The position numbers and the translations under genes are program-made. A stretch of 63,998 nt of DNA, the filler included, from an uncultured bacterium (GTDB taxonomy: Bacteria > Hinthialibacterota > Hinthialibacteria > Hinthialibacterales > Hinthialibacteraceae): assembly GCA_964449065.1 (NCBI GenBank). It is 4 parts of 4 records of this genome, joined end to end, with 100 filler letters (N's around TTAATTAATTAA, not from the genome) between each part and the next. Parts side by side here need not be neighbours in the genome. Positions count along the whole stretch, not along the records: positions 1 to 18,864 come from CAYVAZ010000061.1; positions 18,965 to 37,824 come from CAYVAZ010000062.1; 2 more parts are not named here. One strand, given 5' to 3'. The notes under the pieces were generated by a model. The model did no database searches, was not told where the DNA came from, and was given only the letters and a program-made list of their open reading frames with translations. This document shows, piece after piece, positions 10,561 to 20,272 of the stretch (positions are counted from its first letter, which is position 1; each line of letters begins with the position of its first letter).

Positions 10561-11559
10561 ATGTCTGAACTCAACCAGCCGCATGACCGGTTTTTCAGTA
10601 AGATGTTTTCCCGCATGGATATCGCCGAAGATATTCTCCGCAACCATGTGCCCGCGTTGGCGGAATTGATAGTACCGGGAACGCTGGAACAAATAGGAGA
10701 AAAATTGGTTGATGAAGAATTAGAACGTTTTTATTCGGATTTACTTCTTAAAGCAAAACTGTTCAGTGGCAATGATGCGTACATATATTTATTGCTGGAA
10801 CACAAAAGCCAACCGGTTCCGAAAGTCGTGTTCGATGTTTTGGGATATATGATGCAAATCTGGAAGAAGATTCAAGAGAAAAACAAACCGTTGCCGTTTT
10901 TGTACCCCATCGTAATCTATCACGGCAAAATACCGTGGAATGCGGCCAAGAATTTCGCTGAGTTGGTGGAAATACCCCACGGAATGGATATATTTATCCC
11001 GAGCTTTGAGTATCATTTGTTGGATTTATCCTCCATCCCGGATGAAGAAATCAAAGGAACCATATTATCCCGGGTCGTGATGCTGCTCTTAAAAAACATC
11101 TACGCGGATGATTTTGGCGAACGCTTTATATCAATATGCGGGTTGTTGGCCGAATTGAATGAAGAAAAAACCGCTTTGGAATTCATGCGCAGCGTTATAA
11201 ACTATATAGCCAACGCGACGGATAAAATTACGCAGGATCAAGTAAAAGAAGGAATCCAAAAAGCCTTACCGGAACAAGGAGAATATGAAATGCCTACATT
11301 AGCGGAACAATGGAAAGAAGAAGGCCGGCAAGAAGGCTGGCAAAAAGGGAGGCAGGAAGGCAAACAAGAAGGCAAACAAGAAGGTATGCTGAAAGGGATT
11401 CAATTGGCGTTGGAACTAAAATTTGGCGGGGAAGGGTTGGCATTCTATCGCCAAATAGAACAAAAAGCCTCCATAACAAATTTAGACGCAATCGAAGAAG
11501 CCCTTCGGCAAAATGCTTCTATACCGGATTTAGAGAAACTTATACAGAATTTCAATTAA
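10561..11559 (+). CDS. Rpn/YhgA-like PD-(D/E)XK nuclease (Transposase_31 family)
   Basis: PHDRFF, SDLL, LLEHKS, PIVIYHG motifs; C-terminal EGxQEG repeats. Confidence 0.9.
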   Translation: MSELNQPHDRFFSKMFSRMDIAEDILRNHVPALAELIVPGTLEQIGEKLVDEELERFYSDLLLKAKLFSGNDAYIYLLLEHKSQPVPKVVFDVLGYMMQIWKKIQEKNKPLPFLYPIVIYHGKIPWNAAKNFAELVEIPHGMDIFIPSFEYHLLDLSSIPDEEIKGTILSRVVMLLLKNIYADDFGERFISICGLLAELNEEKTALEFMRSVINYIANATDKITQDQVKEGIQKALPEQGEYEMPTLAEQWKEEGRQEGWQKGRQEGKQEGKQEGMLKGIQLALELKFGGEGLAFYRQIEQKASITNLDAIEEALRQNASIPDLEKLIQNFN

Positions 11560-11598
11560 CACGAAATTCATGAACCGATAACATTCTCAGATAAAACG

Positions 11599-11946
11599 AT
11601 GATTGACATCTACGGCATCAAAAACTGCAATACCGTCAAAAAAGCCCTGCAATGGTTGGATGAACAAGAAATCGAATACACCTTTCATGATTACAAAAAA
11701 GAAGGCGTGAACGAAAAGCAACTCAAAGTTTGGGTTAAAGAATTGGGATGGGAAACCCTGCTTAACCGCAAAGGCACCACCTGGCGCCGCCTGCCGGAAG
11801 ACAAAAAAGACAACATCAACCAAACCAAGGCCATTCAACTGATGCTGGAAAATCCCTCCATCATCAAACGCCCGTTAATCGACAACGGCCAGTCGCGCAT
11901 CGTCGGCTTTGACGAAGAAGAATACCGCGCGTTCTTCACTTCTTGA
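11599..11946 (+). CDS. ArsC/Spx family protein (YffB-like)
   Basis: IYGIKNCNTVKKA, LNRKGTTWR, IIKRP motifs. Confidence 0.9.
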   Translation: MIDIYGIKNCNTVKKALQWLDEQEIEYTFHDYKKEGVNEKQLKVWVKELGWETLLNRKGTTWRRLPEDKKDNINQTKAIQLMLENPSIIKRPLIDNGQSRIVGFDEEEYRAFFTS

Positions 11947-12430
11947 TTTCGATGTTATAGCGTTTCTCTTTCATCTTTTCCCGGTATTCCGGGCTGTACA
12001 AATAGATCCAGGTATCGTCATCAATGTGCTGAATGTAACTATCGATCTCATCAAAGTTTTTCATTTCCGGAAACAGGTTTTCCGTTTTGATTTCATCATG
12101 AAAACGCTGCAAAAATAAATAGTCTTCCCGGGAAAACGGATTATCATCTATATTCAATGGCGGGCCGGAAGGAAATGTACCGGATTTCCGGTTGGGGATG
12201 AAATTTTCCATCTTTAAAGAATTAAGTTGAGACGGAGGAGGCGCTTTTGGTTCTACCCTTTTTTGCAACTCAACTATGCTTTCCTGCAACAGGTCAATTT
12301 CTTTTTCCAACCGCTCGATTTCCGGGTTCGAATCGTTTGATTCCGGAATGGTGACTAGGGCGATTGCGATAACGCAAACAATGCTCAAGATCAGGCTAAC
12401 TACTAAAATCATTGGGCTAAACGGTTTCAT
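11936..12430 (-). CDS. Hypothetical membrane-anchored protein
   Basis: GGAGG RBS; N-terminal TM segment then short coiled coil. Confidence 0.6.
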   Translation of the reverse strand: MKPFSPMILVVSLILSIVCVIAIALVTIPESNDSNPEIERLEKEIDLLQESIVELQKRVEPKAPPPSQLNSLKMENFIPNRKSGTFPSGPPLNIDDNPFSREDYLFLQRFHDEIKTENLFPEMKNFDEIDSYIQHIDDDTWIYLYSPEYREKMKEKRYNIEIKK

Positions 12431-12531
12431 TTCGCTATCCCTCCCTGACGGTTTTACATTCCCCTATTATGATTACGAATTGTTTTTTGATTCGTCACGA
12501 ATTTCCGCTTAAATTTCTTTGGGATTTCACG

Positions 12532-14745
12532 ATGCACTATCTTTTTGCTTTGACCATTTTCACCAGCGCCGTGCTGCTGTTTTGGCTGCAGCCGCTGTTT
12601 TCCAAAACCATTCTGCCGCTGTTAGGCGGCTCGCCCTCGGTGTGGAACACTTGCATGTTGTTCTATCAATCGGCGCTATTGGTTGGATACGCTTACACGC
12701 ACTACTCGACAAAATATGTGTGTCCAATCCGGCAAGCCGTGTTTCATTTACTGCTGCTGCTTGCCGCAGTATTGTTCCTGCCGCTGCCCACGACAGAACG
12801 TTTCCCAACGCCTAATTTGGATACCCCCATCTATTGGCTGCTGCTGCAAATGGGCATCACCATCGGTCTGCCGTTGTTTGTGCTTTCCTCCAACGCGCCG
12901 CTTATTCAAAGTTGGTACAGCAAAATTCAAGACAACCACAGCCGCGATCCCTACTTTCTCTACGCCGCCAGCAACACCGGAACCTTAGCGGTTCTACTGG
13001 CGTTTCCGTTCGTCATCGAACCGCTCTTCGGCATCCACCTGCAAACCAAACTATGGAGCATTTTTTATATTGTGTTTTGCGCGTTGATGATTGCTTGTGT
13101 AATCGTGCTATGGATCAAACGGAAAACAAATAACCCGGTTATGGAAACCGAAACAGATGAACCGGATGAGAACGATATCGAACCGCCAACATGGCGGCAA
13201 AAACTCGAATGGATTCTGTGGGCCTTTATCCCCTCCGGCCTGCTTTTAGGACTCACCCAATACCTCACCACCGATGTCGCTTCTGTTCCCTTTTTGTGGG
13301 TTATTCCGCTCGCGATATACATGGCCACCTTCGCCATCGTGTTTTCACGCCAACCCATCATCAGCCATAACATGATTCGAACCGTCCAGCCTTTTATCCT
13401 CATTCCCCCGCTGGCCACCATCATCGCCGGTACCGGCATGTTCTTTTGGATCGACCTTTTTGCCCATCTCCCCGCTTTCTTCATCCACTGCATGTTCTGC
13501 CATGGAGAACTGGCGCGGCGCAGACCGCATCCGCGCTACCTCACCGCCTACTTTTTCTGTTTGGCCTTTGGCGGTGTATTGGGGAGCGTCTTTGTCACCT
13601 TGATCGCGCCGCAAATTTTTCTATCGGTGCTGGAATACCCCCTCCTGCTTACTGCCATGATCTTGGTCTGCTGGCGTTGGAACCCGGTCTCCAAAACCAT
13701 GCCCCAAACCGGAACTGTCGCGCTGTTATTGGGTTTGTTGTTTTTGAGCGTATGCTTGGCAACCGGTTGGATTTCGTTCATCTCTTCATCGGGTGTGTTG
13801 GCGCTGGTGATGGTCTCAACCCTCATCGGCCCGGCGATTCTCCGCAACTTGCAGCAATCCATGCCGGTGCGGATCGCGTTTTTGCTCATCATCATCGCGG
13901 GCTTTTATTTCACCCGCCCCGCCAAAACCGGTCTCTACCGCAGCCGCGACTTCTTCGGAGCGTACCGCGTGGTTCACAATCAAAAGTGGGATCAAAACGT
14001 GCTCTATGTCGGCACCACCATTCACGGCGCGCAGTTCCGCGGCCCTGATCTGCGCGATTATCCCGTCGGCTATTTTGATCCCCAAGGCGCGGTGGGCGAT
14101 ATTTTTGCCATCTTTCATACGGCATTCCCCAACGCCAACTTTGCCGTCTTCGGCTTAGGGGTCGGCACTCTTGCCGCCTATGGGCAGGATGAACAAACAA
14201 TCACCTATTATGAGATCAATCCAACCGTATATGACATTGCGGCGGAGTCCGGCTATTTCACTTACTTGCAGGATTCCCAAGCGGATATCAACGTCATCTT
14301 TGGCGATGCCCGCTTAACCATTAGCAACGCAGAAGATCATTCCTATGATATGATCGTGTTAGATGCGTTTAATTCGGATTCCGTACCCGTTCACCTACTC
14401 ACACTGGAAGCGTTCAAACTCTATCAAAGCAAGTTGAAATCAAACGGATGGATAGCGGTGCAAATCAGCAACCGCTTTCTAGACCTGAAACCTGTGATTT
14501 CGTCCGTGGTCGATCATTATGGCTGGACGGCGCTTCTGCACGATGAAACCCTCACCTCAGACACCCAGCGCAACAACCGCATGTCCGCCTCGTGGATCGT
14601 TATTTTGCAGGATGACAATTTCAAAGATGCGTTTATCGAATTGGGCGTATGGAAACCGCTGCCAGAGTACGAAACCTTCTCACCTTGGACGGATAATTAT
14701 TCCAATATCATAAGCATTCTCAAAACCCCGGATGATGAGTTATAA
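12532..14745 (+). CDS. Fused membrane domain/spermidine synthase-like methyltransferase
   Basis: Multi-TM N-terminus (PLLGGSPSVWNTC); GLGVGTL, YEINP, GDAR, DAFNSDSVPVHLLT motifs. Confidence 0.9.
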   Translation: MHYLFALTIFTSAVLLFWLQPLFSKTILPLLGGSPSVWNTCMLFYQSALLVGYAYTHYSTKYVCPIRQAVFHLLLLLAAVLFLPLPTTERFPTPNLDTPIYWLLLQMGITIGLPLFVLSSNAPLIQSWYSKIQDNHSRDPYFLYAASNTGTLAVLLAFPFVIEPLFGIHLQTKLWSIFYIVFCALMIACVIVLWIKRKTNNPVMETETDEPDENDIEPPTWRQKLEWILWAFIPSGLLLGLTQYLTTDVASVPFLWVIPLAIYMATFAIVFSRQPIISHNMIRTVQPFILIPPLATIIAGTGMFFWIDLFAHLPAFFIHCMFCHGELARRRPHPRYLTAYFFCLAFGGVLGSVFVTLIAPQIFLSVLEYPLLLTAMILVCWRWNPVSKTMPQTGTVALLLGLLFLSVCLATGWISFISSSGVLALVMVSTLIGPAILRNLQQSMPVRIAFLLIIIAGFYFTRPAKTGLYRSRDFFGAYRVVHNQKWDQNVLYVGTTIHGAQFRGPDLRDYPVGYFDPQGAVGDIFAIFHTAFPNANFAVFGLGVGTLAAYGQDEQTITYYEINPTVYDIAAESGYFTYLQDSQADINVIFGDARLTISNAEDHSYDMIVLDAFNSDSVPVHLLTLEAFKLYQSKLKSNGWIAVQISNRFLDLKPVISSVVDHYGWTALLHDETLTSDTQRNNRMSASWIVILQDDNFKDAFIELGVWKPLPEYETFSPWTDNYSNIISILKTPDDEL

Positions 14746-14771
14746 TATTAAAAACCAATTGGGAAATTAAA

Positions 14772-15203
14772 ATGAATACATCTGAATGTAAAACTCGTTC
14801 CTGCAATCAATGCTCATGGACTTTTTCCGTTTTGATGGGATTCTCAGCACCGACATGTATTTTTCTGGCAAAAACGACATTTCAGATTGCTGAATTGGAT
14901 CAAAAATGGGTTTTCTTTTTTGTTGTGAATGGTTGGGTAATTTTGTGGATCTTATTCAACTTTCTTTACGCCCATATTCATTGGCTAAAAATAAAATATA
15001 ATTATTCGAGAGAGTGGAAAAAATATCTTCAATATAGCTTTGGCTTTATCTTTATGTTTTATCCTATTTTAGCAGTGATTTATCAAATCGAACCCAGTAT
15101 CTACAACTACACTAGTTATAAGTTTTTAAGTATCTGCATCTCCTTCATGAGCATTCCTGTTTTACACGCAGTGCTACGAATTCCACCTCTATATTTGAAA
15201 TAG
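14772..15203 (+). CDS. Hypothetical 4-TM membrane protein, AT-rich
   Basis: Fills the intergenic gap; four hydrophobic segments. Confidence 0.5.
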   Translation: MNTSECKTRSCNQCSWTFSVLMGFSAPTCIFLAKTTFQIAELDQKWVFFFVVNGWVILWILFNFLYAHIHWLKIKYNYSREWKKYLQYSFGFIFMFYPILAVIYQIEPSIYNYTSYKFLSICISFMSIPVLHAVLRIPPLYLK

Positions 15204-15208
15204 CGATA

Positions 15209-16132
15209 CTATTTGGTATACCCATCCACATAGCCCTGATAGATTTCTTGATAATCAATATCTCCCTCAAAGATAAAAACACCGAATTGCAAGTTGAACC
15301 TCTCATTTGGCTGCACTTCGATCTGGCTTTTCGCACCGCCGGTAAAGGCGTTTCGTCCGAATGGATTTGCCAGCAGCAATCCGTAATCGCGCGCGTGAAA
15401 CCACGAACGCCGGAAATTGTCAGGCGAAGGCATGATCATAATCCCGGTATGTTTGCCCTCTTTTTCGCCATGATACACCGCCCAATCCGCCTGCTTGCCC
15501 CAAACCCCGTCTTCATTCTTTATCCCATCGCTATTCAAAATCTCGCCGCCGTTTTCCACCATGATGGAAGTCGCGACCCGAACGCCCAAGCCCATCTCTT
15601 CTTGATCGCCAAACACGAATCCCTCTTCCCTTGCGGTAAACCGCGCATCCCACACCAGCAGGGTGCCGGATTCAATCGGATCGAATGTAAATTGATGTTC
15701 GGCAACGCAAATGACTTCTTCGCTGTCTTCCGCCAAATGATGCTCTATCACGGCAAACTCTCCTTTGCCCTCCATCACGCGCGGTTGCTGCAAGAACCCG
15801 ATATGCTTGGTCACCGCTTTGTTGCGCCAATAATCATGCCCGCTGATATCACCAAACGACATCCAGATTCCCGGATGATAGGCGGCATGGTCATCCTTAT
15901 CCTGCCCTTTTACCGGAGGGTGATTGCGTGTCACCTGAATCCCGCTTGGAGTCGTAATATGCGCGAAATACGATCGGGGAATCTCTTCATCCTCAAACAC
16001 AAACTCACCGAATTTCTGCCCGCTGATATGAATATCAACCGCGCCGCCATCCATCTGAAAACGCATCGCTTCTTGGCTGCTTGCGGACAAAATGGGAAAT
16101 AGGGTTATCAATACAACATACATTCTATTCAT
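15209..16132 (-). CDS. PmoA-like/DUF6807 secreted protein
   Basis: Signal peptide; DHAAYHPGIW and WHARDYGLLLANPFG-type motifs. Confidence 0.8.
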   Translation of the reverse strand: MNRMYVVLITLFPILSASSQEAMRFQMDGGAVDIHISGQKFGEFVFEDEEIPRSYFAHITTPSGIQVTRNHPPVKGQDKDDHAAYHPGIWMSFGDISGHDYWRNKAVTKHIGFLQQPRVMEGKGEFAVIEHHLAEDSEEVICVAEHQFTFDPIESGTLLVWDARFTAREEGFVFGDQEEMGLGVRVATSIMVENGGEILNSDGIKNEDGVWGKQADWAVYHGEKEGKHTGIMIMPSPDNFRRSWFHARDYGLLLANPFGRNAFTGGAKSQIEVQPNERFNLQFGVFIFEGDIDYQEIYQGYVDGYTK

Positions 16133-16136
16133 AGCA

Positions 16137-17423
16137 TTATCCTATATCCGGTAATTCATACCCTTTTCTATAGTCTCTGGAAACCAGTTGGTTCGCCTCT
16201 TCATCATCCACAAATCCATGCTGTTCTCCGTTAAATCGAAGGGTTCTGCCCAACCGGGTTGAGATATTCGCCAAATGGCACAACTCAGCCGAACGGTAGC
16301 ATTCGGTCACCGGCGCGTTTAATTCGGATGGATTGTTGTCTATCACACACTCTAAAAAGTTGCGTACATGCGCGGAAAAATCATGGCTGCCGCCCAGTTT
16401 TTCGGTCTCGCCGTTCTTCCACACCACAAAACTGCCATTGCGGCCGATCTCTACCTTGCCTTCATCGCCATAAAAGATGGTGCCGTTGTCGTGGCCTTCC
16501 AGTTTATATCCCGTCCACAAGCGCATTTCAAACAGCAGCATCTTATCGCCATAATCAAACGTGGCGGTTTGGGTATCCGGCGTTTCGTGGTCATCCTCAT
16601 ACAACAACTGCCCGCCCGGCGCGGAGACCGCGGTTGGATGCGATACCCCCAATCCCCAGCGTGCCACATCAATTTGATGAACCCCGTCGTTGCCGGTATC
16701 GCCGGTGCCGTAATCCCAAAACCAGTGCCAGTTATAATGCCAGCGGTTTTTAGTAAAGGGATGTATGGGAGCCGGCCCCAGCCACCGGTCATAATTCACG
16801 CCTTGGGGCGGATCGCTCTCAGCGGCGGNNNNNNNNNNCGGTCCGCGGTGTTGATGATTGATCGCCTTCGCCATGCGAATTTTTCCCAGATTCCCTTCCC
16901 GTATAAACTGCATCGCGGCATGAATCCCCCCGCCGCTGCGGCTTTGGGTACCGTGCTGCACACATTTGTTATGCTTTGCTGCGGCTTTTGCCAGCTGCAT
17001 TCCTTCATGAATATTGTGCGAACACGGTTTTTCCACATACACGTGCTTCCCGGCCAAGATGGCTTCCAACGCGATTTTGGTATGCCAGTGATCGGGCGTT
17101 GCGATGCTGACGGTGTGGATGGAGTCATCGTCCAGTATCCTGCGGTAGTCATCTGTTGCCGTAACCTTGCCGCCCAAGAGTTCCGATGCTTTTTCCCTTC
17201 GCTCCGGGTCTACATCGCAGATGGCAACAACCCTGCATACATCGTCCTGAGACAAAAAGCCTTTGCAGTGGCTTTGACCTTGGCCGCCGGTGCCAATGAC
17301 GGCATGGTGCACACGTTCATTCGCTGCAATCCCGTTTCGCGTTTGCATGAAAATTGGGCTGGCCGTCAATGCTCCGCCAGACTGAATAAAGGTTCGGCGT
17401 GATAGTGGATTCATGGTTTTCAT
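16137..17423 (-). CDS. Gfo/Idh/MocA oxidoreductase with Tat signal (10-N gap inside)
   Basis: SRRTFI Tat motif; IGTGGQG; ATPDHWH; YVEKP. Confidence 0.9.
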   Translation of the reverse strand: MKTMNPLSRRTFIQSGGALTASPIFMQTRNGIAANERVHHAVIGTGGQGQSHCKGFLSQDDVCRVVAICDVDPERREKASELLGGKVTATDDYRRILDDDSIHTVSIATPDHWHTKIALEAILAGKHVYVEKPCSHNIHEGMQLAKAAAKHNKCVQHGTQSRSGGGIHAAMQFIREGNLGKIRMAKAINHQHRGPXXXXAAESDPPQGVNYDRWLGPAPIHPFTKNRWHYNWHWFWDYGTGDTGNDGVHQIDVARWGLGVSHPTAVSAPGGQLLYEDDHETPDTQTATFDYGDKMLLFEMRLWTGYKLEGHDNGTIFYGDEGKVEIGRNGSFVVWKNGETEKLGGSHDFSAHVRNFLECVIDNNPSELNAPVTECYRSAELCHLANISTRLGRTLRFNGEQHGFVDDEEANQLVSRDYRKGYELPDIG

Positions 17424-17546
17424 CTCTACAATAAGGTTTCCTTTTTCATGAATGGATTTTCATAGCTATGATAGGCAAAATGGCCAATTTGTATACCTAA
17501 CGATTTTTGACGATTCCACTAAAATTCAGAACACTTTTCCACGAGT

Positions 17547-18827
17547 ATGCGATACATATTTATGACCGATCATCCAACACAGCAGAGTGCCCGCCGCGTC
17601 ACGCATTGGCAATTGATTTTGACTACATGGTTTGTCTATTCCGCCCATGCCACCATTATACCCCATTTGCCGCGCTACTATGATTTGGATTTGCATCTTC
17701 CCGATCATGCCATCGGGCTGCTGATGGCGCTGCCCGCGATGCTGACCATGATTCTGCAGCCGGTGTGGGGCCTGCTTGCCGACCGCTACCTCGGCAGAAC
17801 CAACACCTACCGCTTGGGCGTTTTGTTGTCGCTCATTTTCTTACTCTCACTTACCCTGGCCTACGATATCGGCGGCTATTGGCTTCTTGTTTTGTCTGCC
17901 TGTTTGATGTACGCCTGTTTTATGTCAAACGGGCCCTTGCTTTCTTCGCTGGTCTTCAGTTTTCTTGGTCAAAAGCATGCCGCCCAATTTTCCCGTATCC
18001 GCGTGGCGGGCAGCATTAGCTTTGCCGTGACGATGCTGCTGTTTTGCCCGCTGTTTGTGATGATGTCGGAATGGATGGATTGGTATCCCCGCACAGGAAT
18101 ATTTCTGGGTGGATGTGTATTCTTGCTCTTCACGCTAGGCAGCACTTTTTGGAATCAATCTCACTTCGAAGCCGCGGAACGCACCCCGTTGAAATCGTTT
18201 CTGGCTCTTACAAAAGACAAAAACTTAATCGTCCTATATTTATCTCTCTTTTTCGTTTCCTCAGGAATTTCCGCGGGCATTCAATACATGGGGCCGTATT
18301 TGGGGCATTTGGGCTATTCGGATTTCTTCTACGGCCTCGTGTGGTTTTTAGGTATAGTTGCTGAAGTTGTCCTCTCGTTTTTTCTGATCGGTTTAACCAA
18401 ATGGATGGGGTTGAAACGTGTTATCCTGATCGGTTTTCTAGCGGATGCCGTACGTTGGGGCGGCTTATACTTCTTTGTGGAACCGGAACTCATCATCGCC
18501 TTTACCCTGCTGCATGGTGTCGTCGTCATCGCCGTGTTTTTCGCCTCGCCCATTTATTTGGATTCCGAATGCGACCCCAGCATCCGTTCCACCGCGCAAA
18601 CCATGATTTACTTCGCGGTATTAGCCGGGCAAATCAACGGCTTTTTAACCAGCAGTTGGATTGTCTCGCTCTTCGATCACCTCCCCCGTGCCGAAGCCAT
18701 TCAATCCGGCTTCATCTGGTTCGCTCTTGCCAGCTTTACCGGTGCCGTAATCTGCGCGGTCTGGATGAAAGACAAACCGCCGAAGGAACCAACTACCCCT
18801 CACCCCGTTGAAGAAATGACCGGGTAA
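17547..18827 (+). CDS. MFS transporter (MFS_1_like/nucleoside:H+ symporter-like)
   Basis: About 12 TM segments; WGLLADR; RIRVAGSISF. Confidence 0.85.
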   Translation: MRYIFMTDHPTQQSARRVTHWQLILTTWFVYSAHATIIPHLPRYYDLDLHLPDHAIGLLMALPAMLTMILQPVWGLLADRYLGRTNTYRLGVLLSLIFLLSLTLAYDIGGYWLLVLSACLMYACFMSNGPLLSSLVFSFLGQKHAAQFSRIRVAGSISFAVTMLLFCPLFVMMSEWMDWYPRTGIFLGGCVFLLFTLGSTFWNQSHFEAAERTPLKSFLALTKDKNLIVLYLSLFFVSSGISAGIQYMGPYLGHLGYSDFFYGLVWFLGIVAEVVLSFFLIGLTKWMGLKRVILIGFLADAVRWGGLYFFVEPELIIAFTLLHGVVVIAVFFASPIYLDSECDPSIRSTAQTMIYFAVLAGQINGFLTSSWIVSLFDHLPRAEAIQSGFIWFALASFTGAVICAVWMKDKPPKEPTTPHPVEEMTG

Positions 18828-18864
18828 TCATCTCTAGTACTCTGTCAATCAAAGAATGACGGCT

Positions 18865-18964
18865 NNNNNNNNNNNNNNNNNNNNNNNNNNNNNNNNNNNN
18901 NNNNNNNNTTAATTAATTAANNNNNNNNNNNNNNNNNNNNNNNNNNNNNNNNNNNNNNNNNNNN
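18865..18964. other. Artificial contig linker
   Basis: N44-TTAATTAATTAA-N44. Confidence 0.97.
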
Positions 18965-19084
18965 TCTCTTATCTTCTCCCAAAGGGAGAAGACGATAGAC
19001 ACTGCGTTTGACTAAGAATTGTTGGCTCACAACAAAAACCATTTTTCAAGCAATAGACAATCATTGATTGCGTAACATCAGTTA
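18965..19084. mobile_element. Right part of a MITE-like repeat at contig start
   Basis: Closely matches 1-112; first part is the reverse complement of about 60598-60632. Confidence 0.75.
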
Positions 19085-19112
19085 GTAATAAATGTCATTG
19101 GCGACTCGCCAA

Positions 19113-19201
19113 CGGAGGGGGAGGGATTCGAACCCTCGAAACAGTCACCCGTTTACCCGCTTTCGAGGCGGGCGCCTTCAACCGGACTCGGCCACCCCTC
19201 C
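19113..19201 (-). tRNA. tRNA-Ser (CGA)
   Basis: GGAGGGG/CCCCTCC acceptor stem; anticodon arm CCCGC-CTCGAAA-GCGGG; long variable arm; GGTTCGAATCC T arm; CCA not encoded. Confidence 0.95.
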
Positions 19202-19278
19202 AGGTTAAGACACATGATGAAGTTGGAATGATGAATGATGAAGTTTCTTTCATCACTCCGCATTCATCATTGATTTAT

Positions 19279-19776
19279 CTATCTTATCTCCTTAAAAAAA
19301 ATGTTCAATAATTGTTTGCATTGCCATTCCAATAATCCGGGATGGACGGCGACCTGATGGTTTTGTCGCTTGTCTTCTAAGAGGGTATACAGGCTTTCGA
19401 CGCCGCCGGCTTTGGGGTCGCTGGCTCCATAATAGAGGTGTGCGACGCGCGCCTGTACGATGGCCCCGGCGCACATGATGCAGGGTTCAAGCGTGCAATA
19501 GAGGGTGCAGCCGTCCAACCGCCAGTTGTTGATTTGGGCGGCGGCGTCTTTGAGAGCCAGGATTTCAGCATGACCGGATGGATCGTGATTTTCTTCGCGT
19601 TGGTTGCGGCCTCTCCCGATGACAGTATTGTCTTTCACGACAATTGCGCCGATGGGGGCGTCTCCATACGCCAGGGCAATTTTTGCCTGGTTGAGCGCCA
19701 ATCGCATAAAATGTTCATGTGTAGGTTCAGGTGGCAAGATTTTTCCCGATAACAAAGATATTGCATTAACCAACAT
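19279..19776 (-). CDS. tadA: tRNA adenosine(34) deaminase
   Basis: HAE and TLEPCIMC motifs; GASDPKAG; directly upstream of tRNA-Ser. Confidence 0.92.
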   Translation of the reverse strand: MLVNAISLLSGKILPPEPTHEHFMRLALNQAKIALAYGDAPIGAIVVKDNTVIGRGRNQREENHDPSGHAEILALKDAAAQINNWRLDGCTLYCTLEPCIMCAGAIVQARVAHLYYGASDPKAGGVESLYTLLEDKRQNHQVAVHPGLLEWQCKQLLNIFFKEIR

Positions 19777-19941
19777 ACTGCAGGCATGTAATTATCAATG
19801 GTTTATTGAACACGTTTTTTGCAGAATTGCAATTCTTACCCCATGCTTCCTGCTGGTTTTGGTTATAGAAAATCAATACCGGCCGCGGTTGAGTTGCTAT
19901 TTGTGATGAAATTTGATAAGATGATTCAAAGGGGATAAGAC

Positions 19942-20199
19942 ATGATCATAAACAGCACCGTTTCGAACTTGGGCCCCGGTATGTTGGGAATTCTGTATTG
20001 TGCCTCTATTTGGGTTTTCACGATCTTTTTGGTGTTATGTCACCGCTCCGGCATTCAAATCGTTGGAGCGTTTATCGCATTGACCGGTTTTCTTTCCATC
20101 TTTTTCATTCCCCATGTCTTGTTTTCGCTGGCGCTGCTTTTTTTAGGCTGCATGGTGCACTGGTTCGGGCGGATGCTGTATCATTTGCGCAACCGCTAA
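19942..20199 (+). CDS. Small 3-TM hypothetical protein
   Basis: AGGGG RBS; hydrophobic segments. Confidence 0.55.
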   Translation: MIINSTVSNLGPGMLGILYCASIWVFTIFLVLCHRSGIQIVGAFIALTGFLSIFFIPHVLFSLALLFLGCMVHWFGRMLYHLRNR

Positions 20200-20272
20200 C
20201 CGCTCTACCCAAATTTTATAATTTCTTTACAATCACACCTTACCAATAAGCCGATTTGTTTGGAGTGTATCT

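Noticed and set aside
16829..16838. 10-N gaps inside genes (also 25035-25044) as frameshifts or pseudogenes
   Set aside because: Scaffolding gaps next to GGCGG runs; the proteins read normally on both sides
15248..17402. Long antisense ORFs (15248-16102, 16368-17402; also 47131-48204)
   Set aside because: Shadow frames opposite well-supported genes, with no recognisable motifs
18865..18964. TTAATTAATTAA palindrome within N runs (also 37825-37924 and 56517-56616)
   Set aside because: Identical 100-nt linker with stops in all frames; contig lengths decrease in order (at least 18864, 18860, 18592), indicating artificial concatenation
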